Below, piece by piece: positions 1 through 12,700 of a stretch of DNA of 20,000 nt. A program made the position numbers and the translations under genes. Below the pieces are notes generated by a model. That model worked only from the letters and a program-made list of their open reading frames with translations, was not told the DNA's origin and ran no database searches. The stretch is from Spongospora subterranea f. sp. subterranea (lineage: Eukaryota): positions 184,521-204,520 of the forward strand of contig JAUGWO010000097.1 in the NCBI GenBank assembly GCA_049724395.1. The letters are read 5' to 3'. Position 1 is the stretch's first letter, and each line of letters begins with the position of its first letter.

Positions 1-1163
1 TTCCGTTGTTGAATTCGCTCCTATCCTCCTTCATCGCTTGGTGAGCCGCTTACCTGGTAGTACAGCGGCAGCTTGGACGATTGCTAATTTGGCAGCTGAT
101 AATCCTGGCACAAGACGCCGCCTTAGAGAACTGGGTGCTATCGACATCATTTTGACGGTTTTGCAGGAATCTCAGTCCGTCGACATGGCCAGGATTGCGG
201 CGTGGTCATTGTGCAATCTTATTCGTGGCCATAATCATCCCGATGAGCTTAAACGCATTACCGAATCGCGATTGCCTTCAGCTCTTGTCGCTCTGGCCTC
301 GGAGACTGTAAACAAGGGACAGATTCAAATTCTGGCTGAACTGCTATGGATTTTTACATACTTGACGGCCGGTGATTCGCAACATTCAGTATTTTTGTTG
401 GAGCTCGGTCTGGGTCCCATTTTGTATCAAACGTTATGCCTTCCCTTCAATATGGATAACGAACGTACTGTCAAAGATTGTTATCTTGCTGCTTTGCGCT
501 GCATTGGAAACATTGTTTGCGGCTCGGATGAACTCAATGATGCACTCCTTGAACAAAAAGGGTTTTTGTCGCATTTAGGACGATGTCTCAGCGATGAGAA
601 CCCTGCGATTGTTAAGGAAGCGATGTGGGCAATATCGAATATTAGCGGCGGTGCTCCTTCACACGCTGTGGCCGTAATGGAACACAATCTGCTTCCGAAG
701 ATTGTGTCATTGTTCAGGACGGGTCCATTTGATGTCAAGAAAGAATGCGGCTTTGCGCTATACAACCTTGCAAGGATCGAGATGTTTGCAGAGCGGGTCT
801 GGAATTGCCAAGTCATAGATGTGTTTTTAGGATTAATGAGGTTCGATTCACACGTTTCGCTATCGTGAATCCGACTCTCGTCTTTACAGGACTCAGGATG
901 CCGACTGCGCCGAGCTTGGGCTTAAATTTATTAAGCTGGCACTAAATCACGTACCTGGGAATGCTGTTATCCAGGCGTTACGCAATAACGACGGTCAGGC
1001 AGTTTTGGAAGATCTGAGGCTGATTCGTGAAGACCTGCAACCAGAGGCGAATGAGATAATTGACCAGTATCTTGAGCCTTATGAAGATGAAATTTCGGAA
1101 CCAATTCACCGTTTTGAACCGACTCCCGACTATCCAGCATGGCGAACTGGTGGTAAACAATGA
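1..1163 (+). CDS. Importin-alpha-like armadillo-repeat protein (3' part; start lies upstream of the window)
   Basis: Frame is open from base 2. It has repeated ARM H3 motifs (AAWTIANLAAD, AAWSLCNL, ALRCIGNI, EAMWAISNI, ECGFALYNL). One GT-AG intron at 841-889 (49 nt) restores the frame to give ...GLMR/TQDADCAELGLKFI...ANEIIDQYL...DYPAWRTGGKQ, with TGA at 1161-1163. Confidence 0.85.
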
Positions 1164-1216
1164 TAAACTCTTCGAATAAGTATGAGAAAGGTTTCAGTAC
1201 ATTCAATAGCGGGGGT

Positions 1217-4083
<2,867 letters not shown>

Positions 4084-4638
4084 GGTTTGCGACATATTTC
4101 AGACAAGACGAGGTCAAACGGCGATGACGATGTGACAAGTCCGTGGCGCTATTTCGATCGCCACAACACACTGTTGAACTCGGTGCAGTTAATTTCCCCG
4201 ACAACGTGTTGTGTTTAGCACCGGCAGCAACAGGTTGTGCCCAACATCCGTGTGGGGGCGCCAGGACATCGAATTATTGCACACTCCCGCCATCCGGGTT
4301 CTGGCCATTCCGCAATTTGATGCCGTGCCGCCCCCGCGCATTACGGACAACAACCCATTGAGTAATCGGGCATCGACCTTGTTCAGTGATGAACTGCACT
4401 GTTGGCGTCCTCGCCCGCATTCTCAGCAGCGGAGAGAAGCTGATGACATTCGAAACCGTGGGAGGGGATAACACCCTTCGCAAAACAAGGTCGAAACTGT
4501 TCGCAAATTCGCCCCTGGATTGGTTCGGAATCCACCGCAACTTCGACCAGGATCCCCCTGTTCCATCAACGGCTCCGGAGCTACTGTCATTCCCAGATAG
4601 AAGAGACTATCTTTGGCGTCCTCGTGCGCGACAAATGT

Positions 4639-4672
4639 CTATTGCATCACTTTACTATTGCATCACTTTACT
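4639..4672. repeat. Perfect 16-bp tandem duplication (CTATTGCATCACTTTA x2)
   Basis: Directly visible at 4639-4654 and 4655-4670, plus CT. Confidence 0.9.
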
Positions 4673-4719
4673 CACGCGATGATCACTGAAAAATAAAACC
4701 TTTTTTTTTTGTAATTACA

Positions 4720-5421
4720 TTAACCTTCATTCTGCACCGGAATTTGGAATCCGACAAAGTCGAAACTGATACCGGCTTGCTGGAGTTTCTGGCGCTTACG
4801 ATTGCTCTTGTCGATTAGGTTCTGAACCCTTCGCGCGTGTGACTCTTTCGTCCTCGAGATGACTGGCGCGGCTGGCTGGCGATACGCATTTGAGTAATAC
4901 CGCCCTTGATACCAGGAACCCTTGAACATGTCGCCGTGCAGTTTGTCGTCGCGGACGACTTCGCAGACCAATGAACGGCCGAACATCATGTAGCCGTTCA
5001 TCGCCTTGGCCACGATGCTCGCGACTTCTGCAGCTTCAAATTCCAGAAACGCGTAATGCCGAGACTTTTGCGTCTGTAGAAAACAACCGGTTAACGGAAA
5101 TAGGTCGACGCGCGTTGATGTGCAAACCTTGGGATTTCTGGATAATCGAACATTTACGACAGCTCCAAACTGACTGAAGAAATCGTTGATTTCTTCTTCG
5201 AAGAAACCTCGGGGAATGTGGCCGATATATATTACTGCCCCTTTCTGAGGTGCTGGTGTGGTGTCGGTCACCAATTTATCGGTATCAACATCCGGGACAG
5301 GTTCATCGTCGCTCTCCGAGAAGACGTCGACGTCGGCGGCGACGATGGGCTCCTCATGGACAGCCTCAACCTGGGCCTTGTTGGCTCGCCTTTGGGCCTT
5401 TTGTTTCTTACTCACACCCAT
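4720..5421 (-). CDS. NOP15: Nucleolar RRM protein, Nop15/NIFK (MKI67IP) family, 60S biogenesis
   Basis: Basic then acidic N-terminus. RRM with VIYIGHIPRGFFEEEI..FFSQFG...RLSRNPK/TQKSRHYAFLEF...VAKAMNGYMMFG, and a C-terminal KRQKLQQAGISFDF typical of the family. One in-frame 54-nt intron at 5074-5127. Likely start ATG 5421 (MGVSKKQK), although the ORF is open to 5475. Confidence 0.88.
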   Translation of the reverse strand: MGVSKKQKAQRRANKAQVEAVHEEPIVAADVDVFSESDDEPVPDVDTDKLVTDTTPAPQKGAVIYIGHIPRGFFEEEINDFFSQFGAVVNVRLSRNPKVCTSTRVDLFPLTGCFLQTQKSRHYAFLEFEAAEVASIVAKAMNGYMMFGRSLVCEVVRDDKLHGDMFKGSWYQGRYYSNAYRQPAAPVISRTKESHARRVQNLIDKSNRKRQKLQQAGISFDFVGFQIPVQNEG

Positions 5422-5625
5422 CGAATTTCTGGTGATGATTCCTGGTCTGGAACGATTCCGGACTCCGTGGCGCATACCGTAACCCTTTACGAGGGGTACT
5501 GTAGATCAACCAACCAGGTACTGGTGGAATCAGTTCTCAGTTCACAGTCTTCACCAGACAACAGCACGTGATATCTTGCCGTCATTTGCCAACCGAAACT
5601 GTCACCGTAAGTTATATCCATTATT

Positions 5626-6159
5626 ATGATATCATGTGCCATTATTGCCCTATTACACTATTATAATAATAGGGTAATCATTTATGGGTCACAAATCGGA
5701 ACGCGACGATCACCACTCTTCCTATTGATAAACGCCCCCTGTCAGACGGGGAAGAATCACCTTCATGTCGCAATTTCATTCGCATCTGAGAAGTCACTTA
5801 CAGAACTTGTTAATCGAAGCCCGGCACACTTTAGCGGCATCACGCCGGCCAAAGATAACGGTGCGTTCGCCCAAATGAACCTCAATCAAGATCGGGACAG
5901 ACCCCGTTTCGCATCAATCGCACAGATTGAAGAGCGACTTGCGGATGGTGAGGGCAAGTGTCAACAACCTTTGAGGCGAGGACAAGGAGCATTCACAGCA
6001 CTGTCAATTTCCGTTTTCCGCCCCGATATGTTTGAGTCGTCGCCGCGTCCTTGCATCGACTTGAAAACTGTCAAGATGATATGCAGTTGCCCGATATTAC
6101 ATTCATCGATGAAAAGTCGGCACCGTTGCACGCCTCCTGGCATCCGCTTCATGCGCTGA
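5626..6159 (+). other. Unassigned 177-codon ORF of doubtful coding status
   Basis: Only ORF length supports it. No recognisable motif, and it overlaps an equally unrecognisable minus-strand ORF (5961-6398). Confidence 0.15.
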
Positions 6160-7208
6160 ACGGAATATGCAACATGACGTGCAATTACAGAGATTATCGC
6201 AAACCGCGACTCTGACTGTTCTGACAGAAGCGGAAACTGACACAGAAGTCGGCACCCTTTTTCGTACGTAGTTGAAATTAATGTTGGCAACATACGAAAT
6301 TGTACGATAGAGCCAATGTCGACCCTACTGACGACGTACACGTGTCGGCAGGATCGGCCCAAAAAAAAACATCGCCACGTGCACCTCGTGTAGTCCACCC
6401 ATGACCTGGGTGCAAGGCAGGGCGACGATTAGTGAATAACTATAGGTCGGGACCACCGTTGGCGTCAGCGATTGTGGCGGCGGTCAACCTCGTACGAAAA
6501 TCATCCGCTTGTCCCGCCTTAGCCAGGCGTCGAGAGTTGACGGTTGCACGACCCATTGCGATAAACGCCTGTTTGGCGGGGCGGAGTCGGCATTCAAAAA
6601 TGGTTGCTGAATACGAGTTGAACGTTTTGATTGTAAAACTCCGATTTAGTGCAATCGGGAGGACCGTAGTTCAAGTCACATATGACCCATTCATATAAAG
6701 TTTGCCGATCGGCGTTAAAGAAACACGTCTGAGGGTTTCTAACGCAAGGGAAATACAATGATTTGAAGAGATTCTCATGTCAAGCTGGCGAGAGCCTCAG
6801 AAGATTTGGTCAGATAAGTATTGATCGTATTTGTGAATTTCGTAGAAGCCATGCTTCCCATCGGCTTGGGCGAAATTCGGTCGTGCATTGTTTTTTGCGC
6901 ACAGCAATTAGCGGCGCCATGAGGGCGATTTTGGCAAGCGCCACCTCCACCGAGAGCGAGTATAATGTCGTGATGGTGACAGGCGATCCCTTGCTCGCGT
7001 CGACTATTCGTTCAGAAGGGTTTGCGGAGCTGGAGCCCTGCTGCCATGTGGTGATGGATTTATGTTGTCGCCGTACCAATTAAGTGGACGTGGTCGAGGG
7101 CCAGTACATACCGCGACACTGCGAACGGATGATGATGTCTTGAGGGGGTGATTCGCTTTCGGCGACTTCCGATCTCTGGAATACCCTTGTTATCAGAGGT
7201 TCGGTACG

Positions 7209-8692
7209 ATGACATGTGGTTTCCCCAATTGCAAACTCCCCAAGTTTAAGATCTTGTACTCGGACCAACACGGGCTGCACGACCCTCCGTTTGAGTATTT
7301 CGACGGTGTTGTCAAGCGAACGTATATTTTCTAATTGCCACCAGACGAAGACATCGTTCCTTATTGCGCTGCCATCTAGATACATGGAATGTCCCAAAAG
7401 GGTATCACATATAATGGAGGTGCTGGAAGGAGACAGCACCGGTTCCCTAGAGATCACGCGATCTTCTGAGATTTCATCGTCCCAACGTGACGACGTTTTG
7501 GCCGCAATCAATGAAGTTCATTCCGCGGTCGTATTGGCGAGTCTCATTCGGCTTCGTTCCTGAACGATGTCAATTTTCAGGATTACGTCACATTCTTACA
7601 AACAGCCTTTGAAGAATGGGCTAGGACAGACCCACCCCATTCAAATTGTAGTCGACCCAGTGCGATCCCATTATTTGCCGCATCGTATCCTCCCCGAGAT
7701 TGCACCAGAATGTCGCAATCAATATTGGGCAAAGCGGGGTTTTATCTGAAGGACCTCTCCACCCCGATCACTGAAGTACATTCGACCCCGTTTTGGTGTT
7801 GATCAGGGTTTTAAGTGTCGTTTTACAGAATACCTGGGCGGCAGTGCTGTCGTCTGCCTCGCTAGCGTTGGATTCGGCAAAAGTATCGGTTACTAGCACT
7901 GAACAACAGTCAGTGTTCGCCATATGTCGGCCACCTGGTCATCATGCAGGCAGGTCTTTCGCAGCTGGATATTGGTAAGATTCAATGCTCAATGGTATTC
8001 CGTCGTCATTGAGTCAATGTCGCCGGTCAGCTACGTCAATAATGTGGCAATAGCTTCCAATTGGCTAGCGAATCACTTTCAAGGCCATATCGCCATACTT
8101 GATATCGAGTAGGTCATTAACATGATTGCTTCTGCATTGCGGTTTGACGCGTTGATGTAAACAGCTATCATGCTGGAAACGGTACTCAGGATATATTTTT
8201 CGAAAGGGATGACGTCTTGACCATCTCCATCCATGCTGATCCTAATTTTGATTACCCCTATTACTCTGGTTATGCAGATGAGATTGGGCGCGGGTCAGGT
8301 CGTGGATATCACCACAATTTTTTATTACGTAAAGTCGCGGCAGCACCTTAACTACACGTCAACGTTGACATTTTGCAGGTGCTAATACGGGCGACGACGA
8401 ATATCTTTCTGTATTGGATACGGCATTAAAATTGATCAAGGATTTCCAACCGCACCGGATTGTCGTTTCAACTGGAATGGACATTTTCATTGAAGATCCT
8501 CTGGGGACTTTCGATATATCCACGGCAGGGATCAATGTAATTGGACGACGGATTGGAGGTCTGGCGATCCCCACAGTATTTTGTTTGGAAGGGGGATATT
8601 GCAATCAAGCACTCGGTACTAATGTGAAAAGCCTGATAGATGGATTCACGGACGAATATCATCGTCAAATCCACCTTCAAAACAACCAATAA
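7209..8692 (+). CDS. Histone-deacetylase-superfamily enzyme, acetylpolyamine amidohydrolase (APAH/AphA)-like, 7 exons
   Basis: Spliced translation: MTCGFPNCKLPKFKILYSDQHGLHDPPFEYFDG...ECPKRV...VHSADYVTFLQTAFEEW...ILGKAGFYLKDLSTPITENTWAAVLSSA...CRPPGHHAG...GYCYVNNVAIA...ILDIDYHAGNGTQDIF...SIHADP...GMDIFIEDPLG...LEGGY. GT-AG introns at 7322-7379, 7528-7580, 7776-7828, 7975-8030, 8109-8164, 8329-8378. Stop TAA at 8690-8692. Confidence 0.92.
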
Positions 8693-8709
8693 TTCTTATA
8701 TCATGTATT

Positions 8710-9465
8710 CTAAAGCGGTTGCTCTGAGTTTTCTTGTCCCTCTTTTTGGAATTCTTTGACGAAATGGCACTGGCACGTAAACACTTTACGAACGGAATCC
8801 CAATCCGTAAGAAACCGTCCTTCCCCACGATCGATTGGCCGATTGGGGATTTTAAACGCAACTATGACATTCTAAATTAACAATCAAGTAACTGGTGAAA
8901 GAAGAATACGAAAAAAAATAACAATACCAGTGTCATATGGTTCTGCTGCAAACAGAAGATACTGATATCTAAGATCATGTGGATCAACTTTTTGTTCGAC
9001 GGACGACATGAAACGATGTCTTGGCTGAATGTTTTCACTGATATTCGGATACATGATCCGAAATAATACGCTTAGCTGTCCTGTGTGCGGATCTCGTTGT
9101 TTGACGATTTTATAACCGGGTGTTCCGATTTTCGGTGCTTTTCTAGGCATAAGCTTCGCCTTTCTTGCGGCTAACGCCGCCGCATCACTGCCACCGACAG
9201 ACCCTCCAGACTTTAGAGTCATCTTAGCCGCTCGCCTTGCTAAATTTTGTTGATGTCTTTTGCCTTGCGTATGTGCCAAATAGCTGCCCTCATTAGTATG
9301 TAAGGTTAAGCAAAGACGACATTCAATGGACCCAAGATGATTCCGAAGAATATACGGGTCCTTTTTCAAATCTATCGTCTCCATTGCTAGCTGACGAAGG
9401 CGTTCCCTTCTATCAACGTTAGCGTTAGTCGCCGACATGACCCCTCCCGAGCCTGGTTTCGACAT
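8710..9465 (-). CDS. SF3A2: Splicing factor 3A subunit 2 (SF3a66/Prp11), U2 snRNP
   Basis: DRRERLRQLAMETIDLKKDPYILRNHLG, U1-type zinc finger ECRLCLTLHTNEGSYLAHTQGKRHQQNL, PRHRFMS, and YLLFAAEPYDT/VAFKIPN. One intron at 8862-8927. The last exon ends ...ENSEQPL with TAG at 8712-8710. Confidence 0.95.
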
Positions 9466-9680
9466 GACGACAGATTCTGTCGATAACCAAATACAACAAG
9501 TGTCTCGATTTCAAAATCAACTCCGTAGACCGACTACGGACTGCCCAACCTCTCAAGCGAGATGGATAACCCAGTATCCCCTACACAGTAGGGAGAAGTT
9601 AATTTACCTTTTCTACGATTAACATGATTGACAAAAATAGGGCCTCCTCTGGGAGATGATGTTTGTCCATATTAAAGTTC

Positions 9681-10688
9681 TCAGTTTTTGACTTTACTTC
9701 GTTTCGTTTTTGATGTACGAGTTCGCCTCGTTTCTGTTTTCATAGCGAGGATAACGTCGCGCTTCTCATCATCAGGAATATCGGTGATACAAATTGGGCA
9801 GTTGTTTCGGATAGCTCGCGCGCCTAATCACAATGTCAGATGTGCTTTCAGCGGTTTCAACAATTATAATGCGTGATTCTCCTACCTAAACATCGGAATA
9901 TGCATGTGAGATGAACTTCAGAGCCACAACATGCCATTCTTTCATGATCATTATCAGTTGTTTTGTATATGAACGTATTCTACTAACTTGTAAAGTTTCG
10001 ATTCACCTGCGTCATGTTTTCCTAGCAAGCATATACCACAGTCACCCTCAACGTCAAACAACGGGTCCTTCGAGCTCAAATGCTCTTTAATTCTCTGCGA
10101 TTCCTCAACGGAGATCGTGCCTGCAAACATGTACTGTGCATTCTCCGTTATACTGTCGTGTCGCGCGTTGAAGGAATGACATGCCTGTTTCAGTTGACTT
10201 TTCGGCCAAACAGAATCATCGTCAAATATGTCGATATCAGCGGCGACGTATTCGTCATATTCACAACTCCGGATGGGATCTATTTCGGTGAGTAACTTCG
10301 TAAGCATAAAATATAACATGCGTCAAGGTTTTTCATACGTTGGGCAGAATATGAATTACTAGAATGTTCTTTTCTCCTGCTACAAAAAGTTATGTGTTAA
10401 TGTGATCGAGGAGTCATAATCGGAAGACCGTACTTCAGGTTCAGTTCATGAAGCAATAACTGTGCATGACTTCCCAGTTCTATCATTTGGTGCAGAAGAG
10501 ACTTTGCCACTTGCAGCGGAAGATCTTCCGTCTTCTCTCTCATAGGCCCATCTGCAAACTCGTCCCTAAGCTAATTGAATATTAGGATTTGGCGCATATT
10601 GGACAATACATCGTGCTTCAGTTGGGATTAGCGTACCTGTCCTTGAAGCTTACAAATGGGCATCGCTCAGGTTGTTTCCACGTTGCAA
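9681..10688 (-). CDS. RING-finger protein (putative E3 ubiquitin ligase), at least 6 exons, 5' end unresolved
   Basis: Exons 10688-10637, 10565-10434, 10379-10339, 10279-9988, 9938-9886 and 9823-9681, joined by GT-AG introns of 71, 54, 59, 49 and 62 nt, give one open frame. It ends DCGICLLGKHDAGESKLYKMACCGSEVHLTCIFRCLGARAIRNNCPICITDIPDDEKRDVILAMKTETRRTRTSKTKRSKVKN*. The first in-frame ATG is at 10543, in the second recognisable exon. Confidence 0.78.
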
Positions 10689-10716
10689 CTAATCGATAGG
10701 ACAGTGAAGGATGTAT

Positions 10717-12700
10717 TCCACGAACATAAACCTACAAGTAACAAATGTGGACTATTAGATAATGTAGATAGGGCATGATAGGGCATGATCCACGAACATA
10801 AACCTACAAGTAACAAATGTGTACTGTATTAAATAATGTAGAGAGGGTATGATAGGGCAATCCACGAACATAAACCTACAAGTAACAAATGTGTACAGTA
10901 TTAAATAATGTAGAGAGGGTATGATAGGGCATGATCCACGAACATAAACCTACAAGTAACAAATGTGTACAGTATTAAATAATGTAGAGAGGGTATGATA
11001 GGGCATGATCCACGAACATAAACCTACAAGTAACAAATGTGTACTGTAATAAATAATGTAGAGAGGGTATGATAGGGCATGATCCACGAACATAAACCTA
11101 CAAGTAACAAATGTGTACAGTATTAAATAATGTAGAGAGGGTATGATAGGGCATGATCCACGAACATAAACCTACAAGTAACAAATGTGCATGATCCACG
11201 AACATAAACCTACAAGTAACAAATGTGTACAGTATTAAATAATGTAGAGAGGGTATGATAGGGCATGATCCACGAACATAAACCTACAAGTAACAAATGT
11301 GTACTGTATTAAATAATGTAGAGAGGGTATGATAGGGCATGATCCACGAACATAAACCTACAAGTAACAAATGTGTACAGTATTAAATAATGTAGAGAGG
11401 GTATGATAGGGCATGATCCACGAACATAAACCTACAAGTAACAAATGTGTACTGTATTAAATAATGTAGAGAGGGTATGATAGGGCATGATCCACGAACA
11501 TAAACCTACAAGTAACAAATGTGTACTGTAATAAATAATGTAGAGAGGGTATGATAGGGCATGATCCACGAACATAAACCTACAAGTAACAAATGTGTAC
11601 AGTATTAAATAATGTAGAGAGGGTATGATAGGGCATGATCCACGAACATAAACCTACAAGTAACAAATGTGTACAGTATTAAATAATGTAGAGAGGGTAT
11701 GATAGGGCATGATCCACGAACATAAACCTACAAGTAACAAATGTGTACTGTAATAAATAATGTAGAGAGGGTATGAAATGTGTAACAAATGTGTACTGTT
11801 AAATAATGTAGAGAGGGTATGATAGGGCATGATCCACGAACATAAACCTACAAGTAACAAATGTGTACTGTATTAAATAATGTAGAGAGGGTATGATAGG
11901 GCATGATCCACGAACATAAACCTACAAGTAACAAATGTGTACTGTATTAAATAATGTAGAGAGGGTATGATAGGGCATGATCCACGAACATAAACCTACA
12001 AGTAACAAATGTGTACTGTATTAAATAATGTAGAGAGGGTATGATAGGGCATGATCCACGAACATAAACCTACAAGTAACAAATGTGTACAGTATTAAAT
12101 AATGTAGAGAGGGTATGATAGGGCATGATCCACGAACATAAACCTACAAGTAACAAATGTGTACTGTATTAAATAATGTAGAGAGGGTATGATAGGGCAT
12201 GATCCACGAACATAAACCTACAAGTAACAAATGTGTACTGTATTAAATAATGTAGAGAGGGTATGATAGGGCATGATCCACGAACATAAACCTACAAGTA
12301 ACAAATGTGTACTGTATTAAATAATGTAGAGAGGGTATGATAGGGCATGATCCACGAACATAAACCTACAAGTAACAAATGTGTACTGTATTAAATAATG
12401 TAGAGAGGGTATGATAGGGCATGATCCACGAACATAAACCTACAAGTAACAAATGTGTACTGTAATAAATAATGTAGAGAGGGTATGATAGGGCATGATC
12501 CACGAACATAAACCTACAAGTACAAATGTGTACTGTATAAATAATGTAGAGAGGGTATGATAGGGCATGATCCACGAACATAAACCTACAAGTAACAAAT
12601 GTGTACTGTATTAAATAATGTAGAGAGGGTATGATAGGGCATGATCCACGAACATAAACCTACAAGTAACAAATGTGTACTGTATTAAATAATGTAGAGA
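10717..12700. repeat. Tandem array (minisatellite) of a 74-bp unit, 27 copies
   Basis: Consensus CATGATCCACGAACATAAACCTACAAGTAACAAATGTGTACWGTAWTAAATAATGTAGAGAGGGTATGATAGGG. TCCACGAAC occurs 27 times from 10717 to 12645, mostly 74 bp apart. There is one 38-bp truncated unit (11157-11194), one 120-bp unit (11713-11832), and a diverged first unit. Confidence 0.98.

Noticed and set aside
4387..4443. C/D-box snoRNA (GTGATGA ... CTGA)
   Set aside because: Short, with only a ~3-bp terminal stem and no rRNA-complementary guide that I could recognise.
4143..4682. Selenoprotein or alternative genetic code from the in-frame TGA
   Set aside because: No redox-type motif around the TGA and no clear start codon. 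Neighbouring genes use TGA, TAA and TAG as normal stops.
10125..10185. GC-AG intron in the RING gene (CAG|GCATGT...TTTGCAG)
   Set aside because: Removing these 64 nt shifts the frame into a stop, whereas the unspliced frame is open to the RING domain.
11654..12581. ORFs inside the tandem array
   Set aside because: The unit length of 74 is not a multiple of three and stops recur. The ORFs arise only at irregular units.
10717..12700. CRISPR array
   Set aside because: No unique spacers: the whole 74-bp unit is repeated. The context is eukaryotic and there are no cas genes.
10717..12700. Telomeric or G-quadruplex repeat
   Set aside because: Only two GGG runs per 74 bp and no short telomere-type motif.
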